A stretch of DNA of 64,000 nucleotides from Bacteroidota bacterium (GTDB lineage Bacteria; Bacteroidota; Bacteroidia; Bacteroidales; JAIFNL01), in assembly GCA_020047755.1 (NCBI GenBank), contig JAIFNL010000080.1, positions 1,297 to 65,296 on the forward strand. Direction: 5' to 3'. A program made the position numbers and the translations under genes. The notes beneath the pieces are model-generated. The model was not told the origin of the DNA. It did no database searches and saw only the letters and a program-made list of their open reading frames with translations. Positions 1 to 10,976 of this stretch are shown here, piece after piece (position 1 is the first letter of the stretch; each line of letters starts with the position of its first letter).

Positions 1-2
1 GC

Positions 3-1451
3 ATTCAAAATTTAGAGCCAAAAGTGGTTTGGAATCACTTTTATTCGCTAACACAAATCCCACGTCCCTCGAAACACGAAGAGGCAATTAGAGCTTTTAT
101 GGTCGATTTTGGCAAAAAGCTAGGATTGGAAACCATTATGGACGAAGTTGGTAATGTGATAATTAAAAAACCTGCTACCGCCGGAATGGAAAACCGCAAA
201 GGAGTTATTTTGCAAGGACACCTTGACATGGTTCCTCAAAAAAATTCGGACACAGCACACGATTTCGTAAAAGACCCGATTACGGCTTACATTGATGGTG
301 AGTGGGTTACAGCACAAGGCACAACCTTGGGCGCAGACAACGGAATGGGCGTAGCGGCTACAATGGCTGTTTTGGAAGCTAAAGACTTAGTACACGGACC
401 AATAGAAGCTTTATTTACTGCCGACGAAGAAACCGGAATGACTGGCGCATTTGGTTTAAAAGCAGGAGTATTGAACGGCGATATTTTGATGAATTTAGAC
501 TCAGAAGACGAAGGCGAACTTTATGTGGGTTGCGCTGGCGGTACTGATGCTAATGCGTCGAGCACTTACACCGAAACAGCTATCCCTCAAGGACATGTAG
601 CTTACAAACTGTCAGTTATCGGGCTAAAAGGTGGACACTCTGGCGTAGATATTCACTTAGGAAGAGCAAACTCAAACAAGTTGATGTTCAGATATTTGAA
701 ACATACACAAAAACATTTCGATTTAAAAATAGCTGAAGTACTTGGCGGCAGTTTGCGCAATGCAATTCCTCGCGAAACATTTGCAAAAGTAGTTGTACCT
801 GAGGCAAAAGCAGCTGATTTTGAAAAATGTGTAAGCCACTACGAAGGTATTTTCAAAGCTGAATTTAAAAGCGTTGAACCTAGCTTAGAGCTAAAAGCCG
901 AGAAGATTGAAATGCCGAAAAATATAATGGATTCAGCTTCGCAAAAAACATTAATCAATGTAGCTTATGTTTGCCCCAATGGCGTAATGCGCATGAGCAA
1001 CGATATGCAAGGTTTGGTGGAAACATCAATGAATATGGCTATTGTAGTAGCAAAAGGCGGCAAAATTAAAATTCAAAGTTTGCTTCGTAGCTCGGTAGAT
1101 TCAGCAAAAGAAGCCTTGGAAGAAAAAGTAGCTAGCTCTTTTGAACTTGCTGGTTATGAGCTTGCTTTGGAAGGTCGCTACCCTGGTTGGAAACCCAACA
1201 TGGATTCGCCTATTTTGAAAACCATGCAAGGTATTTATCAAAATATGTATGGCAATATTCCTAAAATTATGGCTATTCATGCAGGTTTAGAGTGTGGTTT
1301 GCTTGGCGGCGTTTACCCAAACTGGGACATGATTTCGTTCGGTCCTACTATTCGCTTCCCCCACTCGCCCGACGAAAAAGTAAAAATTGATACCGTTGTT
1401 AAATTTTGGGATTTCCTAGTAGAAACCCTAAAAAATGTTCCGGTAAAATAA
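3..1451 (+). CDS. pepD: Aminoacyl-histidine (Xaa-His) dipeptidase PepD, 5' end truncated by window edge
   Basis: The reading frame is open from nt 3, so the GTG at 24 is only the ORF-track start. Collinear with E. coli PepD motifs: KPATAGMENRK, LQGHLDMVPQKN, GTTLGADNGMG, GLKGGHSG, LRNAIPRE, IHAGLECG, GPTIRFPHSPDEKV. Confidence 0.92.
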   Translation: MQNLEPKVVWNHFYSLTQIPRPSKHEEAIRAFMVDFGKKLGLETIMDEVGNVIIKKPATAGMENRKGVILQGHLDMVPQKNSDTAHDFVKDPITAYIDGEWVTAQGTTLGADNGMGVAATMAVLEAKDLVHGPIEALFTADEETGMTGAFGLKAGVLNGDILMNLDSEDEGELYVGCAGGTDANASSTYTETAIPQGHVAYKLSVIGLKGGHSGVDIHLGRANSNKLMFRYLKHTQKHFDLKIAEVLGGSLRNAIPRETFAKVVVPEAKAADFEKCVSHYEGIFKAEFKSVEPSLELKAEKIEMPKNIMDSASQKTLINVAYVCPNGVMRMSNDMQGLVETSMNMAIVVAKGGKIKIQSLLRSSVDSAKEALEEKVASSFELAGYELALEGRYPGWKPNMDSPILKTMQGIYQNMYGNIPKIMAIHAGLECGLLGGVYPNWDMISFGPTIRFPHSPDEKVKIDTVVKFWDFLVETLKNVPVK

Positions 1452-1469
1452 TATATATCAAACTGCGAA

Positions 1470-1500
1470 TTGATACGATGACTTTTAGTCATCGTATCAA
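1470..1500 (+). terminator. Perfect 13-bp stem hairpin downstream of pepD (ttgatacgatgac / gtcatcgtatcaa, 5-nt loop); no clear T-run
   Basis: Inverted repeat read directly from the sequence, 19 nt after the pepD stop. Confidence 0.45.
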
Positions 1501-1527
1501 TAATGCCAAACAATTTAATAATTAGAA

Positions 1528-4455
1528 ATGAATTTAAGGCGAAGATATTCTTTTGTTGTTCGTGTAATGATACTACTGATGGGTATTTTATACGCCTTAA
1601 ATTCATATTCTCAAATAAAGAAAGTAGGTATTCCGCTAGTAATTAACTACGAAAAAAGTAAATACAACGCCGGAACACAATCATGGTGCATTGCTCAGCA
1701 AACCAATGGTATGCTTTATTTTGCTAATAACCAAGGTGTTTTGCAGTTCGATGGCACATTTTGGAATTTATATCCTATGCCCAATGGCTCTGTGGCGCGT
1801 GCCGTAGCGGTCGATTCGCTCGATAACGTATATGTAGGCGCTTCCGATGAATTTGGAGTACTCAAGCCCAATGAATATGGAGTATTGAGCTATTATTCAC
1901 TTTCAAAACTATTGCCCGAAAAAACATTGAACTTCGATGAGATTTGGAAAATACACTCTACCAAAGAAGGCATTTACTTCCAGTCGTATTCGGCGCTTTT
2001 CTTATACAAAAATGAGCAAATTCATACCCTTTTAAAAAATGCAAACATTGATTTTTCGTATTATGTAAACGATACTTTGTTTGTTCGGGATATAAAAAAC
2101 AATAATCTTTTTGCCTTCAAAGGAACTCAATATATTGAAAAACACTTAAATACATGGGATAAAGGACAAAAAATTTGGTCGATGCTTCTGTATGATAAAA
2201 ATAAATATCTATTAGCTGGCGAAAATGGTCTTTTTTTTCTTGAAAATGAAAAACTTAGCAAATGGGAAACTTCTTTTACCGATACTTTGGTAAAACATCG
2301 CATTTTTTCTTCTACTCAAATAGATGAAAACACCTATGTATTTGGAACAGTGCTAAATGGATTGTATGTAATCAACAAAAAAGGTGAAATTTTACAGCAC
2401 ATTAACCGACAAAAAGCCCTTCAAAACAATACCGTATTGAGTGTATTTTTAGATTTTTCAAAAAAACTATGGGTGGGCTTAGACAATGGAATTTCGGCTA
2501 TTGATATTAGTTCGCCTTTTACGGTGTTCAATGAGGGTGTGAATCTGAAAGGCACAGGCTATGCAGCTTGTGTGTTTAACAATAAGCTCTATTTAGGTAC
2601 AAATCAAGGAGTTCAATACACAGATTGGTTGCCGAAACCCTCAAAATTTAAAATACTCGATGAGCTGAAAGGACAAGTTTGGTTTTTGCAAGTTTTTGAC
2701 GGAAAACTTTACTGCGGACACAACGAAGGAATTTTTGTAATCGACGAAAATAATTCGGTATTAAAAGTTTCGCAAGAAAACGGAAGCTGGAATATGGTAA
2801 AAGTTCCGAATAATAAAAATATAATGCTCGGCGGAACTTATAACGGAATTGTTGTACTAAAGAAAGACACAAAAGGCAATTGGGCTTTTTCGCACAAACT
2901 AAAAGGTTTTGATTTATCGAGCAGAACAATAGAATTTGATAAGGATAATTCGGTTTGGATAAGTCATGGATACAAAGGTATTTATCACATCAAAACCGAT
3001 ATTGATTTCACCAAAGTTATTTCAACTAAGTTTTATGATACTACAAAAGGCTTGCCTGCTAATTTTGCAAATACCTTATTTAATTTAAAAAATGAATTGG
3101 CAGTTTCTACGCTCGATGGAATATATTGTTATGATTCAAAGGTGGATAAATTTGTAAAATCTAAAAAACACGAAGATTTATTTAAAAATATTCATGCCTT
3201 TGTACCACAAGAAGACAAACAAGGAAATATTTGGTTTGTAAATGCCGGAAAAATTTCAAAATTAATAAAAGGAAAAACAGGTATTTATACTTTAGACGAT
3301 AAATTTCTAAACCAATTTCAAAATACCTTAGTCAATGGTTTTGATTTTTTGTATATATATGACAAAGAGAATATATTTATTGGTGTAGAAAATGGCTTTT
3401 TGCATTACAACAATAAACAAACTGAAATAGTTCCTAATTTTCCAACTTTTATACGCAAAGTAATTTTCACCAACGCCTTCGATTCATTGGAATACGACTT
3501 GAGTTTGTTAAAACCAACACAAGATAAGAAATATATTTTCGACTACAAATCGAATAGTTTTAAGTTTTTATTTTCAGCACCTTTTTACGATGGAAATTTG
3601 AAAATAAAATACCAAATATTTTTAGAAAATTATGACAAGGAATGGTCGGAATGGACTGAGAATAATCAGAAAGAATACACAAATTTAGAAGCTGGAACTT
3701 ATACATTTAGAGTAAAAGCACAAAATATTTACGGTGTTATCAGTCAAGAAGCAGTGTTTAAATTTACAATTTCTCCTCCTTGGTATCAAAGTATGCTGGC
3801 TATTGCGGTGTATCTCATTTTAGCAGTTATTTTTATTTTTGTGATAGCCGGATATATTGTAAAGCGCATGGAAAAAGAAAAAATCCGTTTGCACCAAAAG
3901 CAAGAAGAAGAGCTATTGCAAAAAGAAAAAGCCTTTCAAGCGCAAAGTTTAATAGCCGAGCGCGAAATTATCAAGCTAAAAAACGAAAAATTAAACTCTG
4001 AAATAGAGCGCAAAAATATAGAGTTTGATTTAAAAAAGAAAGAATTGGCATCGGTAGCCTTTCAAATTACACACAAAAACGAAATACTGAGCGATGTGAA
4101 AGAATCATTGATTGCCATTTCGGAAAAAGTAAATTCCGATGCGCAAAAACACCTCAGAAAACTCATCAAATCAATAGAAGGCGAAACAAAAATAGATGAA
4201 GATTGGGAGCAATTTAAAAAACATTTTGAACAAGTGCATGGCGACTTTTTCAAACGCCTAAAAGAGAATTATCCCGACTTAACCCCCAAAGATTTAAAGC
4301 TTTGCGCTTACTTGCGCATCAATCTAACCACCAAAGAAATAGCTCCTTTGATGAATATTTCGGTACGTGGAGTAGAAATAAGCAGGTATCGGCTTCGTCG
4401 AAAATTAAATTTAGACCTAAGCGACAATTTGATTGATTTTATGATGAATATTTGA
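1528..4455 (+). CDS. Membrane-spanning one-component sensor/regulator: periplasmic beta-propeller repeats plus Y_Y_Y-type domain, one TM helix, coiled coil, C-terminal LuxR/GerE HTH
   Basis: N-terminal signal/TM segment. Propeller-like repeats (GVLQFDG..W, NGLYVINKKG, WVGLDNGI, GIFVIDENN). YTFRVKAQN (triple-tyrosine-type region). TM helix AIAVYLILAVIFIFVIAGYIV. C-terminal LTPKDLKLCAYLRINLTTKEIAPLMNISVRGVEISRYRLRRKL matches a LuxR-type HTH. Confidence 0.8.
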   Translation: MNLRRRYSFVVRVMILLMGILYALNSYSQIKKVGIPLVINYEKSKYNAGTQSWCIAQQTNGMLYFANNQGVLQFDGTFWNLYPMPNGSVARAVAVDSLDNVYVGASDEFGVLKPNEYGVLSYYSLSKLLPEKTLNFDEIWKIHSTKEGIYFQSYSALFLYKNEQIHTLLKNANIDFSYYVNDTLFVRDIKNNNLFAFKGTQYIEKHLNTWDKGQKIWSMLLYDKNKYLLAGENGLFFLENEKLSKWETSFTDTLVKHRIFSSTQIDENTYVFGTVLNGLYVINKKGEILQHINRQKALQNNTVLSVFLDFSKKLWVGLDNGISAIDISSPFTVFNEGVNLKGTGYAACVFNNKLYLGTNQGVQYTDWLPKPSKFKILDELKGQVWFLQVFDGKLYCGHNEGIFVIDENNSVLKVSQENGSWNMVKVPNNKNIMLGGTYNGIVVLKKDTKGNWAFSHKLKGFDLSSRTIEFDKDNSVWISHGYKGIYHIKTDIDFTKVISTKFYDTTKGLPANFANTLFNLKNELAVSTLDGIYCYDSKVDKFVKSKKHEDLFKNIHAFVPQEDKQGNIWFVNAGKISKLIKGKTGIYTLDDKFLNQFQNTLVNGFDFLYIYDKENIFIGVENGFLHYNNKQTEIVPNFPTFIRKVIFTNAFDSLEYDLSLLKPTQDKKYIFDYKSNSFKFLFSAPFYDGNLKIKYQIFLENYDKEWSEWTENNQKEYTNLEAGTYTFRVKAQNIYGVISQEAVFKFTISPPWYQSMLAIAVYLILAVIFIFVIAGYIVKRMEKEKIRLHQKQEEELLQKEKAFQAQSLIAEREIIKLKNEKLNSEIERKNIEFDLKKKELASVAFQITHKNEILSDVKESLIAISEKVNSDAQKHLRKLIKSIEGETKIDEDWEQFKKHFEQVHGDFFKRLKENYPDLTPKDLKLCAYLRINLTTKEIAPLMNISVRGVEISRYRLRRKLNLDLSDNLIDFMMNI

Positions 4456-4625
4456 TACCGTGATTTAATAGCGACCGAAATTCTAAGAAAAGCAAAACTA
4501 CCCGTTTTTTTTCTAAATACTAATAACAAACTGTTCAATTGTTATTTTATCATGAAAAATTGGGAAATTTACTATTTTAGCTCACTTTTTCAAAAAGACA
4601 CCATTTTTTACACTACCCAATTATT
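4453..4625 (+). repeat. Intergenic repeat element A, copy A1
   Basis: Shares blocks with A2/A3/A4: ccgaaattctaagaaaagcaaaa, taataacaaa.tgtt, tgttattttat, aaaaattgggaaatttactattttagc, ctttttcaaaaa..caccatttttta cactacc. Begins with TGATACCG, whose TGA is the stop codon of the upstream regulator. Confidence 0.8.
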
Positions 4626-4983
4626 AAAACTGCCCTGTGCCTAGCATAACAAGGGTGCAGGCTTCAATACATTCAATATTTTTTTCTTCGAGTAGTTGCA
4701 TCAACTCATCATTTTCGGTTTCGGGATTAAAAATAACACGCTTGGGGTTTAGCGCAAGAATGTAATCATAATATTCTTGCTGCGCTTTGTAACCCAAATA
4801 AAGCGTAACGGTATGAATATTTTCTATAATTGGCTTACCATTAATTATTTGAATGCCTTCGATAGAACCCGTTTTTATTCCTACCGGAAAAGTTTCTATT
4901 CCATGTCGTTTGAGCAACGAAACAGCTTTGTAAGCATATCGGCTCGAATTAGGGCTTGCGCCAAGTACCAAAGTTCTTTTCAT
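4624..4983 (-). CDS. CoA-binding domain protein (YccU-like)
   Basis: MKRTLVLGASPNSSRYAYKAVSLLKRHGIETFPVG is the typical CoA-binding (Rossmann-like) N-terminus. I chose the ATG at 4983 over the upstream ORF-track start at 5040. Confidence 0.75.
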   Translation of the reverse strand: MKRTLVLGASPNSSRYAYKAVSLLKRHGIETFPVGIKTGSIEGIQIINGKPIIENIHTVTLYLGYKAQQEYYDYILALNPKRVIFNPETENDELMQLLEEKNIECIEACTLVMLGTGQF

Positions 4984-5100
4984 TTTATCATTTATTATAA
5001 GGTATTTTGCTTTGAGCAAAACCCAAGTTGTAAAAAACAAACTTCCCGAAAAATAGATATTTTCGGGAAGTATGTCTTAATTGTAAAAATTTATTTTTAG

Positions 5101-5176
5101 TGTCTGAAAGAAAACGCATAAACTGCGGTTTTAAAATTTCAAAATGCCTTAAATCTGCTGTTTTCTTTCAAACACT
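5101..5176. repeat. Intergenic repeat element B, copy B1: 16-bp terminal inverted repeat around a 44-nt conserved core
   Basis: gtgtctgaaagaaaac ... gttttctttcaaacac flank the core ggttttaaaatttcaaaatgccttaaatctgct, which recurs at about 20340-20395 and about 34420-34467. Confidence 0.7.
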
Positions 5177-5197
5177 ATTTAATGATTGAAAGAAAAC

Positions 5198-7090
5198 CTA
5201 TTTACGGTTACGTTGCTGTTTTGCAGCATCTTCCAAGCGTTGTTGAAATTTAGATTTCACCACAGGTTTCTTCTTATTTTCTTGAAGTTTCTTCAAAATG
5301 TCATCTTCGTTGATAAAGAATTTGCGAATAGCCATCATTTGTAAGAATGTGATAATGTTTGAGATAAAGTAATAATAACTCAAACCGGAAGAGTAACTAT
5401 TGAACCAAAAAACCATCATAACAGGCATCATGTACATCATCGTTTTCATGCCTGGCATTTGGGTCGAACCTCCCATATCTGCGCTGTTAATCTTGGTAGT
5501 GAGCACAATAGAAGCCGCCATAAGCAAAGTAAACAAACTTACGTGCGCTCCATAAAATGGAATCGTAAATGGCAATTCTAAAATGGAATCGTAAGTAGAT
5601 AAGTCTGTTGCCCAAAGAAACGACTGCTGACGCAATTGAATAGATGCCGGAAAAAATCGGAACATTGCAATCAAAATCGGAAATTGAAGCAACATTGGCA
5701 AGCAGCCTCCCATAGGATTTACGCCGGTTTTTTTGTACAAAGCCATAGTTGCTTGCTGTTTTTCCATTGCCTTGTCGTTGCCAAATTTCTTAGTCAAAGC
5801 ATCAATTTCGGGTTTTAACACACGCATTTTAGCCGACGAAAGATACGATTTGTAAGTTAGCGGAAACAAAACAAGTTTAATTATAATGGTCATAACCAAT
5901 ATAATAAGACCATATCCCCAACCAAACGAACCTAAAAAGTCGAACAACGGAATAAGTGCAAATACGTTTACCCAGCGGAAAATAGCCCAGCCAAGTGGTA
6001 TAAGATTTTGTAATTCAAGATTTTCCGCTTTGCTAATCGACTTTAATGTACTATAATCATTGGGTCCAAAATAAAATTTAGAATTGTATTCGTATTTGCT
6101 ACCCGATTTGTAAGGCAAACGAGCTTCAGCCACAAAGTGCTTTAAATGAGAAGCATCAGTCAAAGTATTTTGCTTTACCTTGCCGCTCGAAATCTCGTCT
6201 TTAGCAATCAAAACCGATGAAAAGAAATGCCCTTTGAAAGCAATCCATTTCACTTTGGTTGAAAGGTCTTCTTCGTCTTCGTCAGAAGTTTCGGAAAGGT
6301 AGTCAATTTCCTCATCTTCACTATATTTGAAATAAACGGTTGAGTTTTGATTTTCCCAATCTCTACCTTTTTCTTGCTGTGGTAAATCAATTTCCCAAAA
6401 CAAATCTAAGTAAGTTACATTTTGAGCAATTAATTTGTCCATATTCGACATTTTAATGTCAAAATTTACCAAATAACTATTAGGTTCTAAGGTATAAACA
6501 AAGTCCACATAACGTCCTTCGCCTGCATCTAAGCGCAAAACAGCCTCTTTTTTGTCTTTCGAAGCATCTATCTTTGCTCCTTTGAGCGATTTAAAAAAGA
6601 AATTATCGGTTGCAACGTTGCGATTTTGAGCAAAGAAATTAAGCGAAAATCTACTTTTTTTGCCTTCAAACAACAATACTTTTTTCCCACCTTTCTCGTA
6701 GCGGTCGTATTGCTTCATCATCACCTCATAAGGACGTCCTCCTTTGGTTGAAATTTTTACTTTAATAAGCTCGTTTTCAATGGTTATGAACTCTTCCTTA
6801 CCTTCGGCTGCTTGCCACAAAGCACCAAACTCTTCATACAATTTTACATTTTTTACTGAATCATTTTGAGCTATATTTTGGCTCAAACTATCGGTTGCAA
6901 CTTCCAGTTTTGTATGTTTTTTCTTTTCTTCTACCAAACGCTTGGTTTCCAACTGTTTTTGAACCAAAGCTATCGAATCGCGTCGTTGCTTTTGTTTTTG
7001 CAATTCTTCTTGGCTTGGCTGATTGAAATAGCTAAAAACCATGATAATTACAAAAATCAAAACCAATCCTATTATTGAATTTTTATCCAT
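5198..7090 (-). CDS. yidC: Membrane protein insertase YidC (long Bacteroidota form)
   Basis: N-terminal TM helix, large periplasmic domain, and a C-terminal 5-TM core with PLTYKSYLSSAKMRVLKPE, YKKTGVNPMGGCLPMLLQFPILIAMF and a basic C-tail. Confidence 0.92.
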   Translation of the reverse strand: MDKNSIIGLVLIFVIIMVFSYFNQPSQEELQKQKQRRDSIALVQKQLETKRLVEEKKKHTKLEVATDSLSQNIAQNDSVKNVKLYEEFGALWQAAEGKEEFITIENELIKVKISTKGGRPYEVMMKQYDRYEKGGKKVLLFEGKKSRFSLNFFAQNRNVATDNFFFKSLKGAKIDASKDKKEAVLRLDAGEGRYVDFVYTLEPNSYLVNFDIKMSNMDKLIAQNVTYLDLFWEIDLPQQEKGRDWENQNSTVYFKYSEDEEIDYLSETSDEDEEDLSTKVKWIAFKGHFFSSVLIAKDEISSGKVKQNTLTDASHLKHFVAEARLPYKSGSKYEYNSKFYFGPNDYSTLKSISKAENLELQNLIPLGWAIFRWVNVFALIPLFDFLGSFGWGYGLIILVMTIIIKLVLFPLTYKSYLSSAKMRVLKPEIDALTKKFGNDKAMEKQQATMALYKKTGVNPMGGCLPMLLQFPILIAMFRFFPASIQLRQQSFLWATDLSTYDSILELPFTIPFYGAHVSLFTLLMAASIVLTTKINSADMGGSTQMPGMKTMMYMMPVMMVFWFNSYSSGLSYYYFISNIITFLQMMAIRKFFINEDDILKKLQENKKKPVVKSKFQQRLEDAAKQQRNRK

Positions 7091-7224
7091 AATTAATTAT
7101 TCCCTCTTTAAAAAATCTTTTTTTTTGAATCGTTAGTTTATTATTATTTTATCGTAAAATTATTTTTTGCATATAATTTTAGTATTTATTTTCTTATTGA
7201 AATGCAAATTTATATTTTCAAGAT

Positions 7225-8871
<1,647 letters not shown>

Positions 8872-9128
8872 TTAAGAAAATTGAAGTTGTACTATTCGCT
8901 CAAATTGGCTTTTATTTCTATTTTCAACGTTTCTAAATAATTTAATTTTTATAGCCTTAAAATATTTTGAATAAATTGAAAATAAGCAACTTCCGAATGC
9001 AATACACAAGCTTTACTATTCCTTGGCAAGCATAAAAAGTTCTGCAAAGAAAATAAATAATTTCCTATCTCACTACTTTTTAACTCTTTTTTTACTTTTT
9101 TTAAGTAAATATATTAATTATCAATGAT

Positions 9129-9695
9129 TTATTGATTGGAAGTGAAACCAAATTTGCCCAAAAACTCACCTTGCGAAAAGTAAGAACCACCTGAATAATG
9201 AATTAAGTGAGCTTTGGATAAATCGAAGCTATTTGTTTCATTATCAATATATTTATCATCTACATTTATTGCCACAATTTCAGCCAAAAACATATCGTGC
9301 GAGCCAAGTTCTTTAATTTCAACTACTTTGCATTCAATATTTACTGGAGCTTCGGCTATCAAAGGAGCTTGTACCTGTTGTGCTATTTCTTTGCAAAGCC
9401 CCATTTCTTTGAATTTGTCCACATTTTTTCCCGATTTCACTCCGCACCAATCCATTGCAAACGTCAAATCTTGGTTTGTCAAATTAATTACAAACTCACC
9501 GTTTTTTTTGATTATCGCATGCGAATGTCGTTCTTTCCTCACTGAAATATAGCACATTAAAGGCACAGAACAAACTATTCCAGTCCACGAAACTGTTATA
9601 ATATTGTGCTCTTGCTCATTTGCTCCACAACTTACCATCACTGCCGGCAAGGGATAAAGCATATTTTTTATTGCCCAACTTTTTTTCATTTTCAA
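9129..9695 (-). CDS. Flavin reductase-like (FMN-binding split-barrel) family protein
   Basis: Size and pattern typical of the Flavin_Reduct family: LYPLPAVMVSCG...NIITVSWTG, HSHAIIKKNGEFVINL, APLIAEAPVNIECKVV. Confidence 0.7.
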   Translation of the reverse strand: MKMKKSWAIKNMLYPLPAVMVSCGANEQEHNIITVSWTGIVCSVPLMCYISVRKERHSHAIIKKNGEFVINLTNQDLTFAMDWCGVKSGKNVDKFKEMGLCKEIAQQVQAPLIAEAPVNIECKVVEIKELGSHDMFLAEIVAINVDDKYIDNETNSFDLSKAHLIHYSGGSYFSQGEFLGKFGFTSNQ

Positions 9696-9954
9696 TAAAA
9701 TTTTAGTGGTTTATTTTTTGCAAATATATCAATAATTTATTTGTAGGAATAAATAACCGCAAAAATTCTAATAAAAAATTGTTAAATGACTAAAAAATTA
9801 CATAATTTTGCTAATTATTGAAATTAAGCACCCGTGCTATTTTATTTTTGAGCAAACCTTTTGCTATTTGCTTATTTTTAAGCACTTAGCAAAACAAAAT
9901 ATACAATTAATTTTGGTTCACTACTTAATATTCCATCATCACAATTTTAATTTT

Positions 9955-10779
9955 ATGGCAAATATTTTAAAAAAGTTTCTTCAAGCTTTTGAGCCTGAAA
10001 AGCAAACGTTAGTAAAAAAGAAATTAGGTTTTTTCTCTGATAGCGAAGGCATATTAAATCGCTATTTGCGCGAAAAAGAAAACTGGGAAAATCATTTGCA
10101 AAATACTAAAAAATTTATCTTGCAAGCCACTGAAAATAAGGATAAAAACATAGCAGTTATTTTGGGTTCGGGTTGGTTGCTCGATATTCCGCTACAAGAA
10201 CTATCGTCTATTTTTCAAAAGGTTTACCTTGTAGATATTGTTCATTCTAAGCAAGTTAAACATAAAATTTCAAAAATTCACAATGTGGAATTGATAGAAC
10301 ACGACATAACAGGCGGCGCACTCGAAGGTGTTTTTGATTTGGTGGCTAAATATAACACCAACAATAGACAGCAATTAGATGAAATTGAACTTATTAATAC
10401 TAATTTTGGCTTGCCCGCCAATGTAAAACCCGATTTTGTAGCCTCTGTAAATTTACTTAGTCAGCTCGATTATTTTGCACTTGCTTACTTAAAAAAGCAC
10501 ACTACTTTTTGCCCTATTTCTTTAGGCGAATTTAAAGAAAAAATTCAAAAAGCGCATCTTTCTTTTCTACCAAAACAAAAATCGTGCATTATAACAGATT
10601 ATAAAGAAACAGTTTACAAAGACAACGACCCAAAGCAATTAATAAGAGAAACTTTTTTGCTAAAAGTAAAATTTTCGGACAAAGAAATTGCCAATAAATG
10701 GAAATGGGATTTTGATACACACAAAAGCTATTACGCCGAAGGGAACACTTTTATGAACGTAATGGCATTAAACTATTGA
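9955..10779 (+). CDS. Hypothetical protein (possible Rossmann-like fold)
   Basis: The ATG at 9955 (MANILKKF) is preferred over the ORF-track TTG at 9808. IAVILGSGWLLDIP...VYLVDIVH vaguely resembles a nucleotide/SAM-binding loop. I recognise no family. Confidence 0.5.
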   Translation: MANILKKFLQAFEPEKQTLVKKKLGFFSDSEGILNRYLREKENWENHLQNTKKFILQATENKDKNIAVILGSGWLLDIPLQELSSIFQKVYLVDIVHSKQVKHKISKIHNVELIEHDITGGALEGVFDLVAKYNTNNRQQLDEIELINTNFGLPANVKPDFVASVNLLSQLDYFALAYLKKHTTFCPISLGEFKEKIQKAHLSFLPKQKSCIITDYKETVYKDNDPKQLIRETFLLKVKFSDKEIANKWKWDFDTHKSYYAEGNTFMNVMALNY

Positions 10780-10965
10780 TAGCGTAACTTGATAGTGACC
10801 GAAATTCTAAGGAAAGTAAAATTACGCAAATTTCCCCAAATTCTAATAACAAATTGTTATATTGTTAAATTGTTCAATTGTTATTTTATATCGAAAAATT
10901 GGAAAATTTACTATTTTAGCGAACTTTTTCAAAAAATCACCATTTTTTTATGCTATCAAACTATC
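10777..10965 (+). repeat. Intergenic repeat element A, copy A2
   Basis: Starts TGATAGCGTAACTTGATAGTGACCGAAATTCTAAGG, and its TGA is the stop of the upstream CDS. Ends ...caccatttttttatgctatcaaactatca. The ends form an imperfect terminal inverted repeat (TTGATAG...). Confidence 0.8.
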
Positions 10966-10976
10966 AATAGAGCAAT

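Noticed and set aside
1313-1606. 97-aa minus-strand ORF bridging the pepD 3' end and the regulator 5' end.
   Set aside because: It overlaps two confident + strand CDSs and the hairpin between them. Shadow ORF.
9808-9954. N-terminal 49-codon extension of the 9808-10779 ORF in the ORF track.
   Set aside because: It starts at TTG, encodes a low-complexity AT-driven peptide and overlaps probable promoter sequence. The first ATG (9955, MANILKKF) gives a sensible N-terminus.
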